Shown: positions 10,401 through 20,957, numbered from the stretch's first letter. The stretch: 64,000 nucleotides of DNA from Planctomycetota bacterium (GCA_965223545.1 OZ245006.1:1600001-1664000); one strand, 5' to 3'. Translations and numbers: made by a program. Notes: a model not told the origin generated them from the sequence alone.

Positions 10401-11444
10401 TCAGCGAGTGCGCGTGACCTTCTGCAGGCCGCGTGGAGCCTGCGGGTCGAGCCCCTTGGCACGCGTCAGGTGGTACGCGAACAGCTGGCACGGGCCGATC
10501 GAAACCAGCGGGCTGAGCCACTCTGGCACGGCGGGCGGCAAGCGCAACGGCACACTGGCCTCTGCCAGGGCATCGCTGTCACCGGAGACCACCAGTGTCT
10601 CCGCCTCGAGCTCGCGACGAAGACGGCGCAACAGATCGACCAGGTCGCCGCACACCGCGCCGGGACTGGCCACCGCCAACACCGGAAAACCGGCGGCGAC
10701 GACGGCGATCGGTCCATGGCGGAAATCAGCAGCCGAGTAGCGCTCGGCAACAACGTAGGCCAGCTCTTTGAGCTTGAGCGACCACTCGTGCGTGGTTGCG
10801 TAGTCGTAGCCGCGGCCGACCACCACACAGCGCTCCATCGCGGCGTAGCGCTCGGCGGCAGCCATCACTTGCGGTTCGAGCGCCAGCGCCGCCGCCAATG
10901 CTTCTGGCACGGTGCGGAGCTCTTCGCCCCACTGCCGGCGCATCGAACCGTCGTGCATCGCGACCGACAGCATGGCCATCGCCTGCAGCTGGGCGGTGTA
11001 GGTCTTGGTGGCGGCAACCTCGCGCTCGGGGCCGGCACCCAGCTCCAGCACCCGATCCGCGGCATGGGCCAGAGGAGAGTCGGGCTCGTTGACGATCGCC
11101 AGCGACGGACAACCCTGGCGGCGGGCCTCCTCGACGACAGCCACGACATCCGGCGACTGACCGGATTGGGAGATGCCGACCACGAGCGCACCCGCGATGC
11201 GCGGCGGGCGCTCGTACTTGGTGAACAGCGACGGCGCGGCGAACGCGACGTTGAGCTCGTTGTGCGTTGCCCACAGGTAGCGCGCGAACAAGCCGGCGTG
11301 CGCCGAAGTACCGCGTGCAGCGATCAGCACGTAGAACGGCCGGCACTCGCGCAGCCACGCACCGAGGCGCTCGAACTCCGCACCGCGCTCCAGCATGCTC
11401 GCCAGCACCCGAGGCTGCTCGGCGATCTCAGCAGGAAGGCTCAT
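10401..11444 (-). CDS. SIS-domain sugar-phosphate isomerase/deaminase (GlmS C-terminal-like, no glutaminase domain)
   Basis: EIAEQP, ARGTS, ISQSGQSPD, VAATKTYTAQL, LKLKE, HGP, PRGLQKVTRT motifs. Confidence 0.9.
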   Translation of the reverse strand: MSLPAEIAEQPRVLASMLERGAEFERLGAWLRECRPFYVLIAARGTSAHAGLFARYLWATHNELNVAFAAPSLFTKYERPPRIAGALVVGISQSGQSPDVVAVVEEARRQGCPSLAIVNEPDSPLAHAADRVLELGAGPEREVAATKTYTAQLQAMAMLSVAMHDGSMRRQWGEELRTVPEALAAALALEPQVMAAAERYAAMERCVVVGRGYDYATTHEWSLKLKELAYVVAERYSAADFRHGPIAVVAAGFPVLAVASPGAVCGDLVDLLRRLRRELEAETLVVSGDSDALAEASVPLRLPPAVPEWLSPLVSIGPCQLFAYHLTRAKGLDPQAPRGLQKVTRTR

Positions 11445-11472
11445 CGCGGCGACGGCGGCGGCATCGCCTCGC

Positions 11473-11514
11473 AAAGGTTGTCGAAGCTCGACGATTCGAG
11501 GCGCCGGACGCTCA
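11473..11514. repeat. 42-bp dispersed repeat, copy 1
   Basis: 36/42 identical to 24403-24444; includes the stop codon of the adjacent minus-strand CDS. Confidence 0.7.
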
Positions 11515-13200
11515 TGGAGTGATCACCGTCGCGGTGGGATTGGTGACGAACGCGGGCGTCCCGCTCGGGTCCGCGCCAAGCACCGCCCAGGTCAGGGCCC
11601 GGGGCACCAACGGTGCCAACACGCCCGCCGGGACCGAGAACACCGCTGAGCCGCGGCCGTTCGCATCCAGCGTGGCGAAGCCGTTGACCAGCACCGGGGT
11701 GTTCACCGAAGCCAGCAGGGCGGCAGTGACCGAGTCGTAGTTGATGGGCAGCACGAGCCCGCCGATCGGAGTGCCTGGGCTGCTGCCGGACAAGCTCCCC
11801 GTCACCAAATACGAATGGCCCGCGCCACCGGGGCCGACGTCGAAGGTGATCGACACCGGTCCGCCCGCCGCCGCCGACACCAACACCGGGGCACCGAGCA
11901 CCGGCCCCGCGACCGCCGACCGCGCCGTCGCACCAACGTGACCCTGCGCGTCGCGCACCTGAACACCGATGCGCAGACTGCCGGGCCCGCGGGCGAGGAC
12001 GTTGCGAGGACCGCTACTGCCCCAGGGGGTCTCGAACACTCCATCGTTGTCGAGGTCGTAACGCACCGTGAGACTGGCAGCGGTCTGCTTGGCACTCCGA
12101 CTGCCGCTGGCATCGCACACCGCGGTCAAGCCATCGATCCCCACTGCAACACCCGGCACGGGCAGATCGGGTCCCGGGGCTGCGTACTGCGCGAGCACCG
12201 GCCACCAGGCCGCCTGCATCGTGCCATAGCGGAACGCGTTGTAGCCGCTCGCACCGCCGCCCATGGCGCCGGTGATCGAGGCGGCGATCGTCTGCGGCGT
12301 CGCAGTCTCGTTCGCGTCGGTCCAGCAGCGGATCGCCGGCACGACGCGGCGCGGACCGGTTCCGGCGCGCTGCACCGCTTGTTGGCAATAGAGCGCGGTC
12401 TGCCGCACGTAGGCCTGATGCAGCGTGTACGTCGAGTAGATCGAACCATCCGCGGTGTAGGCCATCGGCATCAGCACGTCGACCCACCGCGAGAGCTCTT
12501 CCCAGTCCTGGCCGTAGCACGACCGCAGCGTGGAGCGAACCTGCGCGTACGAGTTGAAGACGCCGTTGTAGGTCGGTCCGTCGAAGGTGAACCGGTTGGC
12601 GATCAGGTAGGCGTGCAGCGACCGCCCTCCGAGTCGCTGCTTGACGTCGCGGACGAAGTCGGTGACGACCTGCGGATCGTTGGTGCAGCTCGTGCCCACG
12701 AAACGGACGTAGTCCAGCGATAGGCCATCGAGGTCGTAGTGGGGCGCTCCCGTCGGGTCGAAGCTGTTCACCAGGTAGTCACAGATCGACAGCAAGTACG
12801 CGCGGTGTGCGGCATCCGTCGGCTGCACGCCGGCATCGAAGCACTTGACGACACCGACGACCTGCAGGTTTTGCGCGTGGGCCTGTGCGATCAGCGCGCG
12901 CAAATCGATGCCCACCCGGTTCGGGCGCACGGGTCCCCAGGCCGGGTTCCAGGTGCCGGCAGCGTCGTCGATCCACAACGTGCCGGCCCGCGGACCGGTG
13001 GTGCGAAACACGTTGACGTAGATGGTGTCGAGGTTGCGCCCGCGGGTCTGCGTCACCAGCGCACCGATCTGCGGATCCATGTTGCCGACCAGGAAGGGCC
13101 AGGTGCCGATCGAAGCGTCGGTGGAGAGCTGGGCGGGCGCGAGACCGGTTGCCGCGAGCAGGGCGGCGCACGAGCGCCAGGCACGGAAGAGCATCGCCAT
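11512..13200 (-). CDS. Secreted putative glycoside hydrolase (GHL10/DUF187-like TIM barrel) with PKD-like and C-terminal domains
   Basis: LDGLSLDYVRF and VDVLMPMAY motifs; YDLDNDGVFETPW PKD-like motif; signal ending APA-Q. Confidence 0.7.
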   Translation of the reverse strand: MAMLFRAWRSCAALLAATGLAPAQLSTDASIGTWPFLVGNMDPQIGALVTQTRGRNLDTIYVNVFRTTGPRAGTLWIDDAAGTWNPAWGPVRPNRVGIDLRALIAQAHAQNLQVVGVVKCFDAGVQPTDAAHRAYLLSICDYLVNSFDPTGAPHYDLDGLSLDYVRFVGTSCTNDPQVVTDFVRDVKQRLGGRSLHAYLIANRFTFDGPTYNGVFNSYAQVRSTLRSCYGQDWEELSRWVDVLMPMAYTADGSIYSTYTLHQAYVRQTALYCQQAVQRAGTGPRRVVPAIRCWTDANETATPQTIAASITGAMGGGASGYNAFRYGTMQAAWWPVLAQYAAPGPDLPVPGVAVGIDGLTAVCDASGSRSAKQTAASLTVRYDLDNDGVFETPWGSSGPRNVLARGPGSLRIGVQVRDAQGHVGATARSAVAGPVLGAPVLVSAAAGGPVSITFDVGPGGAGHSYLVTGSLSGSSPGTPIGGLVLPINYDSVTAALLASVNTPVLVNGFATLDANGRGSAVFSVPAGVLAPLVPRALTWAVLGADPSGTPAFVTNPTATVITP

Positions 13201-13319
13201 GGACAACGGACCTCGGTAAAGACCTCGGTTTGCGGAGGAGAGGGTAGCGTACCGCGGCGCCGGCGAGGGCAAAGGGGGTCGAAGCGGGAAGATGGAGCGG
13301 GACTCCGTACAGTCCGTGC

Positions 13320-13697
13320 ATGGCCAAGAACGCACGCAACGTCCTGGGGACGGCTCTCCAGCCGTGCTGCCACGAGCCGATGACCGGCTTCTACCGCGAC
13401 GGCATGTGCCGCACCGGTCCCGACGACCTCGGGCTGCACATCGTGTGCGCGCGGATGACCGACGGCTTCCTCGCCTTCAGCAAGAGTCGCGGCAACGACC
13501 TGTCGACGCCACAGCCCGAGCTCGGCTTCCCGGGCCTGCGCGATGGCGATGGCTGGTGTCTGTGCGTCACCCGGTGGAAAGAGGCGCTCGAGGCCGGCGT
13601 GGCCCCGCCGGTCGTCTTGGAGGCCACGCACTTCGGCGCACTCGAGTGGGTCGACTTGGAGGACCTCCAACGCCACGCTGTTCGCTCCGAGAGCTGA
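13320..13697 (+). CDS. DUF2237 family protein
   Basis: NVLGTALQPC...TGFYRDGMC...GNDLSTP...FPGL..GD.WCLC..RW.EA family pattern. Confidence 0.9.
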   Translation: MAKNARNVLGTALQPCCHEPMTGFYRDGMCRTGPDDLGLHIVCARMTDGFLAFSKSRGNDLSTPQPELGFPGLRDGDGWCLCVTRWKEALEAGVAPPVVLEATHFGALEWVDLEDLQRHAVRSES

Positions 13698-13713
13698 CCA
13701 CGCCGGAGACGCA

Positions 13714-15153
13714 TTGAACATCGAGCCGATCGACCTGTCCCTGCTGATCGTCTACGTGCTGGCGGTCGTCGCCTTCGGGCTGTGGCAGAGCCGCGGCGCG
13801 TCCAGCTTGAGCGAGTTCACCGTCGGCGGGCGGGCCATCCCGTGGCCGGTCGTGCTGCTGTCGATCGTCGCCACCGAGACCAGCACGGTGACGTTCCTCA
13901 GCGTGCCGGGCGTCGCCTACACGGGCGATTGGACCTTCTTGCAGCTGCCGCTCGGCTACGTCATCGGCCGGCTATTGGTCATCGTCCTACTACTGCCGCG
14001 GTACCTCACCGGCAACATGCTCACCGCCTACGAAGTGCTGTCGCAGCGCTTCGGCGGCGCGACGCGCAAGGTCGCCAGCCTGCTGTTCCTGGTCACGCGC
14101 AACCTGGCCGACGGCCTGCGGCTGTTTCTCACCGCTGTCGTGCTCCGCGAGCTCGCCGGCATCGATCTACCGACCGCGGTGATCGCGATCGGCACCGCGA
14201 CCATCCTCTACACCGTGATCGGCGGCATGAAGGCGGTGGTGTGGACCGACGCGCTGCAGTTCGTGATCTACATGGCCGGCGCCGGCGTCGCCCTCGCCGT
14301 GTTGTGCGAGGCGATCCCGGGCGGAATGGACGGTCTGCTGCAGCGCGCCGCCGACGCGGACAAGCTGCGCGTCATCGACGCGACCTTCGCCCTCGACCAG
14401 AGCTACGTGCTGTGGGCCGGGGTGATCGGGGGCGCGTTCCTTTCGCTGGGAACGCACGGTGCAGACCAAATGATGGTGCAGCGCTACCTCTGCGCGCGGG
14501 GGCCGCGGCAAGCCGGCCTTGCGTTGGGGCTGTCGGGCGTCGTCGTGCTGGTCCAGTTCGCGCTGTTCTTGCTGATCGGCACCGCGCTGTGGGCGTTCTA
14601 CAGCGGCCAGACACCACCGGTGGAGTTCGAACGCGCCGATCGCGTGTTCGCCACGTGGATCGTGCACGAGCTGCCGACGCCATGGCGCGGTGTGCTGCTG
14701 GGCGCGCTGTTCTCGGCGGCGATGTCGACGCTCTCGAGCTCGCTCAACTCTTCGGCAACCACCATCGTGCACGACCTGCTGCCGCGGCCGCACACCGACG
14801 ACGCGCGGCGCGCCCTGCGTCACACGCGGCTGTGGACGGTCGCGTTCGGCGTGCTGCAGATCGGTGTCGGCATCGGCGCGCACTTCGTCCACGACCAGAG
14901 CGTGGTCGACAGCGTGCTGGCGATCGCGGGGTTCACCACCGGCATCATTCTGGGCGTGTTCCTGCTCGGCATTCTGACCCGCGTCAACCAGAGCAGCGCA
15001 CTCGCGGCCCTGGTGGTCGGGCTCACCGCGATGACGCTGATCAAGTTCAACACCGCGCTGGCGTGGCCCTGGTTCGCGCTCGTCGGCTCGACCATTACGC
15101 TGGTCGCGGGCCTCGGGTTCCACTCGGTCTTGGACCGCCGCACTCAAACATGA
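13714..15153 (+). CDS. Sodium:solute symporter (SSS) family transporter
   Basis: SIVATETS, GGMKAVVWTD, DQMMVQRYL, AAMSTLSSSLNS motifs, many TM helices; TTG start at 13714 behind GGAG. Confidence 0.92.
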   Translation: MNIEPIDLSLLIVYVLAVVAFGLWQSRGASSLSEFTVGGRAIPWPVVLLSIVATETSTVTFLSVPGVAYTGDWTFLQLPLGYVIGRLLVIVLLLPRYLTGNMLTAYEVLSQRFGGATRKVASLLFLVTRNLADGLRLFLTAVVLRELAGIDLPTAVIAIGTATILYTVIGGMKAVVWTDALQFVIYMAGAGVALAVLCEAIPGGMDGLLQRAADADKLRVIDATFALDQSYVLWAGVIGGAFLSLGTHGADQMMVQRYLCARGPRQAGLALGLSGVVVLVQFALFLLIGTALWAFYSGQTPPVEFERADRVFATWIVHELPTPWRGVLLGALFSAAMSTLSSSLNSSATTIVHDLLPRPHTDDARRALRHTRLWTVAFGVLQIGVGIGAHFVHDQSVVDSVLAIAGFTTGIILGVFLLGILTRVNQSSALAALVVGLTAMTLIKFNTALAWPWFALVGSTITLVAGLGFHSVLDRRTQT

Positions 15154-16355
15154 CCAAGCGATTGCATCCCTCGCGGGCGGCCGCTGCCGCCGCTCTCCTC
15201 CTGACTGCCGCGACGGCGCAGTCACCGCCCACGCTGACCGGTATCGACGTCATGGAGCTGGAGAACTTCAGGCGGTTGGCGGGCGCAAAGGTCGGGCTGA
15301 TCACCAACGCGACCGGCCGCAACCGGTTCGGCGAGCGCACCGCCGACATCATGGCGCGCAACGCGGAGTTCCAGCTCGTGTCGCTGTTCAGCCCAGAGCA
15401 CGGCCCACAGGCCGATGCCGAGGGGGCAGTCGACAGCTCGGTCGACGCGGCCACCGGCCTGCCGGTCCACAGTCTGTACGGCGAGACGCGGGAGCCGACT
15501 CCGGCAATGCTCGACGGCCTGGACACCATGGTGTTCGACATCCAGGACATCGGCTGCCGCTTCTACACCTACGTCTCGACGATGAAGCTGGCACTGCGCG
15601 CGGCCGGCGCCAGCGCCATGCGCTTCGTGGTCCTCGACCGGCCCAATCCGCTCGGCGACGTGGTGGACGGACCGATGCTCGACTCCGGCCGAGAGAACTT
15701 CGTCGGCACCCACTCACTGCCGATCCGGCACGGCATGACCGCCGGTGAGCTGGCGCGGATGTTCAACGAAGAAGACGAGCTCAACGCCGACGTGCGCGTG
15801 GTCCAGGTGCGCAACTGGACGCGCGGGCAGACCTTCGACGAGACCGGCCTGCCATGGGTCAATCCGTCCCCCAACATGCGCAGCATCAACCAGGCGTTCC
15901 TCTATCCCGGCGTCGGCCTGCTCGAGTTCACCAACCTGTCGGTCGGCCGCGGCACCGATCGGCCGTTCGAGTGGATCGGCGCGCCGTGGATGGACGGCTA
16001 CCGTTTGGCCCAATGGCTGCGCGGTCAGCCACTGCGCGGCGTGCGCGTGCTGCCGCGCCGCCAGACCCCCGTCACGTCGAAGTTCGCGGGCGAGGAGTGC
16101 TCCGGCATCGAGTTCGCGATCCACGACCGGGCGGCGTTCGATCCCTTCGACCTCGGCCTGCGGCTGGCGTGCAGCCTGCGCGACCTGTTCCCCGACGCAT
16201 GGGAGATGGAGCACTACGACCGCTTGCTCGGCGATGCGGCGACGCTCGATGCTCTGCGCGACGGCAAGACGGCAGAAGAGATCCGGGCGTTGTGGACCGA
16301 AGAGCTCGACGCGTTCAAGGAGCGGCGCAAGCCCTACCTGCTCTACTCGCAGTGA
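15150..16355 (+). CDS. DUF1343/NamZ-family exo-beta-N-acetylmuramidase, secreted
   Basis: VGLITN, LFSPEHG, SLYG, FDIQDIGCRFYTY, LDRPNP, PSPNM, GRGT; signal ending ATA-Q; ATGA overlap with the SSS gene. Confidence 0.9.
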   Translation: MTKRLHPSRAAAAAALLLTAATAQSPPTLTGIDVMELENFRRLAGAKVGLITNATGRNRFGERTADIMARNAEFQLVSLFSPEHGPQADAEGAVDSSVDAATGLPVHSLYGETREPTPAMLDGLDTMVFDIQDIGCRFYTYVSTMKLALRAAGASAMRFVVLDRPNPLGDVVDGPMLDSGRENFVGTHSLPIRHGMTAGELARMFNEEDELNADVRVVQVRNWTRGQTFDETGLPWVNPSPNMRSINQAFLYPGVGLLEFTNLSVGRGTDRPFEWIGAPWMDGYRLAQWLRGQPLRGVRVLPRRQTPVTSKFAGEECSGIEFAIHDRAAFDPFDLGLRLACSLRDLFPDAWEMEHYDRLLGDAATLDALRDGKTAEEIRALWTEELDAFKERRKPYLLYSQ

Positions 16356-17539
16356 CGTCCCCCCTCGCGACCGGCCTCGACGTCTGCGCCGCCGCCCCGC
16401 CGGCGAGGCTGCGACGCGCCCGACTCGGCCTGCTCACCAATCAGGCCGCGCTCGACGACAACCTCGTCGGCGCGGCCGAACGCGTGGCCGAGGTGTTCCC
16501 GGGCCAGCTGCAGGCGCTGTTCGGGCCGCAGCACGGTCTGTTCCAGGAGCAGCAAGACAACATGATCGAGACCGCGCACGCGCGACACCCGCGCCTCGCG
16601 GTCCCCGTGCACAGCTTGTACAGCGCGACCCGGCGCCCGACTCCCGCCATGCTCGAGCCGATCGACGTGCTGCTCGTCGACCTTCCGGACGTCGGCACGC
16701 GGGTGTACACGTACGTCTGGACGCTGTACGAGTGCCTTCAGGCATGCCGGGACGCCGATGTCGCCGTCACCGTGCTCGACCGCCCCAACCCAATCGGCGG
16801 CGTGATCGTCGAGGGCCCCTTGCTCGATCCTGAGTTCAGCAGCTTCGTCGGTCTGCGGCCAATGCCCATGCGCCACGCCCTGACGCTCGGCGAGGCGGCC
16901 CGCTGGCTCAATGCGGAGGTCGGCGCCGAGCTCGACGTGATTTCGGCGCGCGGCTGGCGGCGCGCGCAACAACAGCCGGACACCGGCCGCGCGTGGATCC
17001 CCCCATCGCCCAACTTGCCGCGGTTCGCCGGCGCCGCCGTGTATCCGGGACAAGTGCTGCTCGAGGGCACCAACGTCTCCGAAGGCCGCGGCACGACGAC
17101 GCCGTTCGAGGTCTGCGGCGCGCCGTGGCTCGATCCGTTCGCGTTGACCGACGACTTGCGCTGCCACGACCTGCCGGGAGTCGTGGCCCAGCCGTACCGG
17201 TTCGAGCCCACCTTCCACAAGTTCGCCGGCGAGAGCTGCGGTGGCGTCTTTCTGCACGTCGCCGACCCACAGCGCTTTCGCCCCTACCGGACAACGCTCA
17301 CGCTGCTGAACGCCATTCGCCAGCAGGCGCCGGACCGCTTTGCCTGGCGCCCGCCCGGCTACGAGTACGACCAAGTGCACATGCCGATCGATCTGCTGAC
17401 GGGCGCGGCCACGGCCCGCTTGGCGATGGACGCGGGGAAGGCCGACCCAGCGGCCCTGAGCCGAGTCGACGTCGAGGCGTGGCGGCACGCCGTCGCTGAC
17501 GCACTGTTGTACGACCGCAATGCCGCGTTCGAGGGATAA
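16352..17539 (+). CDS. Second DUF1343/NamZ-family protein, no signal peptide
   Basis: LGLLTNQ, LFGPQHG, DVGTRVYTY, LDRPNPIGG, PSPNLP, EGTNVSEGRGTT; GTGA overlap. Confidence 0.9.
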   Translation: MTSPLATGLDVCAAAPPARLRRARLGLLTNQAALDDNLVGAAERVAEVFPGQLQALFGPQHGLFQEQQDNMIETAHARHPRLAVPVHSLYSATRRPTPAMLEPIDVLLVDLPDVGTRVYTYVWTLYECLQACRDADVAVTVLDRPNPIGGVIVEGPLLDPEFSSFVGLRPMPMRHALTLGEAARWLNAEVGAELDVISARGWRRAQQQPDTGRAWIPPSPNLPRFAGAAVYPGQVLLEGTNVSEGRGTTTPFEVCGAPWLDPFALTDDLRCHDLPGVVAQPYRFEPTFHKFAGESCGGVFLHVADPQRFRPYRTTLTLLNAIRQQAPDRFAWRPPGYEYDQVHMPIDLLTGAATARLAMDAGKADPAALSRVDVEAWRHAVADALLYDRNAAFEG

Positions 17540-17661
17540 CCCAAAGAATCGACGGCCAAACCGACACTCCGACGAGCGCTGGCCCCGGCTTCGCCCTACG
17601 CTGCGCCCTGTCAGGTCACAGAACCCCCGGCGCACCGGCCGATACAACCATCGGCCGCCAC

Positions 17662-19143
17662 ATGACATCGATCGAAACCGAGATCCCCGCTGAGCCGTCA
17701 GCGGGCGGCGCGCCGCCGCCCGCGCCCGCGCCCCCCGAGGAGTCGATGCGGCGTCGCGTGATCCGCGGGTCGATGTGGACGATTCTCGGCTACGGCGGCA
17801 CCCAGCTGATCCGGTTCGGCTCCAACCTCGTGCTGACGCGGATGCTGGTGCCGGAGATGTTCGGCACGATGGTGCTGGTCAACACGATGTTGATCGGCCT
17901 GCACCTGTTCAGCGACGTCGGCATCACGCCGGCCATCGTGCAGAACAAGCGCGGCGACGAACGGGACTTCCTCAACACGGCCTGGACCATCCAGGTCCTG
18001 CGCGGAGTGCTGCTGTTCGCGATCGCCTGTGCGGCGGCGGCCCCGATGGCTCGCTTCTACGGCGACGAGATCCTGCTGACCATCGTTCCGATCGCGGCGA
18101 TCACGGCGTTGTGCGACGGTCTGTGCTCGACCAAGCTGATCTCGCTGCACCGGCATCTACGCCTGGCCCGCGCGACGCTGATCGAGGTCAGCAGCCAGAT
18201 CGTGACCGCGGTGATCATGATCAGCTGGGCGCTGATCGACGCCTCGATCTGGGCCCTGGTCTGCGGCACGGTCTGCGGCGCGGCGTTCCGCACGGGCGCG
18301 AGCCATCTGCTGCCCGGGATCCGCAACCGCTTGCGCTGGGATCCCGCGATCGCGCGCGAGTTGTTCCACTTCGGGCGCTGGATCTTCCTCAGCACGGTGC
18401 TGACGTTCTGCGCCGACTACTGCGACCGGCTGGTGTTCGGCAAGATCACCGACACCCACCAGCTCGGCATCTACGGCATCGCGCTGACGATCGCCCTGAT
18501 CCCGACCCACGCGATCTCGCACGTCGGCTCGTCGGTGTTCTTTCCGTCGTTCAGTCGCAAGCTCGCCGTTGGCGACGGGCTCGCCTCCGCACTCCGCAGC
18601 GCGCGCGGGGTCTTGTCGGTGGCGGGCGGCTATCTGATCGCGGGCATGATCGCCGCCGGCCAGCCCGCGGTGGAGTCGATCTACACCGAGGAATGGTGGT
18701 CTGCGGGGTGGATGCTGCAGCTGTTCGCGATCGGCGCGTGGTTCTACATCCTCGACTGTAGCTCCGGCGCCGCGCTGTTGGCGCTCGGCCGCGTGCCGTG
18801 GCTGGCGGGCGCCAACTTCGCCAAGGCGGCCGGCCTGATCACGCTCCTGCCCCTGGGCTACGTCTGGGGCGGCTTCCCGGGTGCTTTGCTCGGTCTCGCC
18901 GCTGCGGCGTTCTCGAAGTACCTGGTGATCACCGTCGGAGCCGCCCGCCAACAGCTGCCGGTGATCCGCAACGACGTGACGCTCACCGGCTGGGTCGCCC
19001 TCACCGGTCTCGCCGGCTACTGGGCGAGCTCGACAGCGGACGCGGCGTTCGGCTCGAGCGTGGCAGCCTTCGCGGTGGCCGTCGTCGTGGTCACGCTGCT
19101 GTGGGCCCCGCTGGGCTGGGCGCTGTGGCGTAGGCACCGCTGA
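17662..19143 (+). CDS. Oligosaccharide/polysaccharide flippase (Wzx/PST, MOP superfamily)
   Basis: LVLTRMLVPEMFG, FSDVGITPAIVQ, NTAWTIQVLRG, DRLVFGK, LGIYGIA; many TM helices. Confidence 0.88.
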   Translation: MTSIETEIPAEPSAGGAPPPAPAPPEESMRRRVIRGSMWTILGYGGTQLIRFGSNLVLTRMLVPEMFGTMVLVNTMLIGLHLFSDVGITPAIVQNKRGDERDFLNTAWTIQVLRGVLLFAIACAAAAPMARFYGDEILLTIVPIAAITALCDGLCSTKLISLHRHLRLARATLIEVSSQIVTAVIMISWALIDASIWALVCGTVCGAAFRTGASHLLPGIRNRLRWDPAIARELFHFGRWIFLSTVLTFCADYCDRLVFGKITDTHQLGIYGIALTIALIPTHAISHVGSSVFFPSFSRKLAVGDGLASALRSARGVLSVAGGYLIAGMIAAGQPAVESIYTEEWWSAGWMLQLFAIGAWFYILDCSSGAALLALGRVPWLAGANFAKAAGLITLLPLGYVWGGFPGALLGLAAAAFSKYLVITVGAARQQLPVIRNDVTLTGWVALTGLAGYWASSTADAAFGSSVAAFAVAVVVVTLLWAPLGWALWRRHR

Positions 19144-19222
19144 GCGGCCGCCCCGCAGGGCCGCGACTCGAGGGCCGCTTGGGGTGGTGCGCCACCGGCG
19201 CGGTGCTAGGCTCGCGCAAACC

Positions 19223-20047
19223 ATGCGGTTTGCGATCTGCAACGAGCTGTTCGGCGAGCAGGACTTCGAGCGCACGTGCGCGACGGTGGCGGCCACCGGC
19301 TACGACGGGATCGAGCTCGCCCCGTTCACCCTGGCGCCCTCGATCGACCAGCTGTCGCCCGCCCAACGCATCGCTCTGCGGCGCACGGCCGAAGACGCGG
19401 GACTCGAGGTCGTCGGCCTGCACTGGCTGCTGGCCAAGACCGAGGGCCTGCACCTGACCAGCGCCGACGCGGAAGTCCGCGCGCGCACCACGCGCTATCT
19501 CGAAGAGCTGGCGCGCGCGTGCGCCGACCTCGGCGGCACCGTGCTCGTGTTCGGTTCGCCTGGACAGCGCTCGCTGCAGCCCGGCACCACGCCCGCGCAA
19601 GCGCTCGACCGCGCCAGTGAAGTGTTCGAGCGCGCACTGCCGACGATCGCCGACGCCGGGGTGCAGCTCTGCATCGAACCCCTGTCCACGGCGGAGACCG
19701 ACTTCATCACCACGTGCGCAATGGGCGCGGCCCTGGTCGAGCGCCTGGCCCACCCCGCGTTCGGCCTGCACCTCGACGTCAAGGCGATGTGCAGCGAGAA
19801 CGAGCCGGTCGAGACGCTGGTGCGCCGCCACGGCGCCGACGCCTTCCATTTTCACGCCAACGACGCCAACCTGCGCGGCCCGGGCTCCGGCGATGTCGAC
19901 TTCGCGCCGATCTTCGCCGCGCTGCGCGACACCGGCTACCGCGGCTGGGTGTCGGTCGAGGTCTTCGACTATTCGCCCGACCCCGAGACCATCGCCACCG
20001 AGAGCCTGCGCTACATGCAGGGGGTCTGGGACACCCTTCCCGCCTGA
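19223..20047 (+). CDS. Sugar phosphate isomerase/epimerase (D-psicose/tagatose 3-epimerase-like TIM barrel)
   Basis: GYDGIELAP, VFGSP, CIEPL, HLDVKAM, HFHAND, GYRGWVSVEVF. Confidence 0.88.
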   Translation: MRFAICNELFGEQDFERTCATVAATGYDGIELAPFTLAPSIDQLSPAQRIALRRTAEDAGLEVVGLHWLLAKTEGLHLTSADAEVRARTTRYLEELARACADLGGTVLVFGSPGQRSLQPGTTPAQALDRASEVFERALPTIADAGVQLCIEPLSTAETDFITTCAMGAALVERLAHPAFGLHLDVKAMCSENEPVETLVRRHGADAFHFHANDANLRGPGSGDVDFAPIFAALRDTGYRGWVSVEVFDYSPDPETIATESLRYMQGVWDTLPA

Positions 20048-20122
20048 TCCCGGCGACAGATCGGAGCGGCAAGCGGCCACTCGCCCTCCGACTCACCCCC
20101 AATCCAGGAGACTCTCCACACC

Positions 20123-20527
20123 ATGCTCGCTCGCTTCGGCGCGATCGCCATCTTCCTCTTCGGCACCGGCTGCATCTTCCATCTCGACGGGGCCGACATC
20201 GACCCCGACTGGGCGCAGGGCGAGCCGAGCGAGGTCCGCAAGCTCAACAAGCAGCGCCTGCAAGCCGTCGAGCTCGGCATGTCGCTGGAGCAAGTCCACG
20301 AGGCCATGGGCACCGACCCCGTGTGGCTCGGCGACGCCGGCTGGGTCCCCAACCCCTACCGCACCGAGAGCTTTCGCGACAGCAACGGCGACCGGCTCGA
20401 CGTGCTCTACTACTACACCCACCTGACCAAGCGCGACGACCTGGTCACCGACGACGAATTGACCCCGATCGTGTTGCGGCAGGGCGCGGTCGACGGCTGG
20501 GGCTGGCCGTACCTCGAGCGGATGTGA
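20123..20527 (+). CDS. DUF3192-like lipoprotein
   Basis: Lipobox GTGC; LELGMS, VLYYYT, DELTPIV...GWG; AGGAG RBS. Confidence 0.75.
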   Translation: MLARFGAIAIFLFGTGCIFHLDGADIDPDWAQGEPSEVRKLNKQRLQAVELGMSLEQVHEAMGTDPVWLGDAGWVPNPYRTESFRDSNGDRLDVLYYYTHLTKRDDLVTDDELTPIVLRQGAVDGWGWPYLERM

Positions 20528-20873
20528 GCGCGGGCATGCCCGAAGGTCCGCGGGCCAGGGCTCCCCAACACCCAGCGAAGGCTGTTTCCGCCGAGGACTC
20601 GGCACGCATCTCAGCGTCTCAGCGCGGCCCCGGCCAAGACACAGAACGAGCGCACGGCGAGGGCAACGGAGCCTGCCTTGACCGCGCACGCGGACCGCGC
20701 TCTGAGCGCACGAAGAGGAGACCAGAAACCTGGTCGTCGCTTCGTCGTGCGACGCAGGTTACTACCGCCGGTGCCGATCGACACTGGCATGGCGGCTGGA
20801 CGCCGAGCAGCCGTGAGTGACGGCGACGCGCGCACAGTGAAGGCCCCACGACTTGGTCAACCTCCTTCGAGGC

Positions 20874-20902
20874 TTGACACGCGGCCGGTGCCTGGCTAAC
20901 CG
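20874..20902 (+). promoter_or_regulatory. Candidate sigma-70 promoter
   Basis: Perfect TTGACA (20874-20879), 17-nt spacer, TAACCG; 55 nt upstream of ATG 20958. Confidence 0.4.
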
Positions 20903-20957
20903 TTGCAGTGCAAAAGGGGTCAATCTGCCGAACAACAGTCTGCCAAGGCAAAACTGC

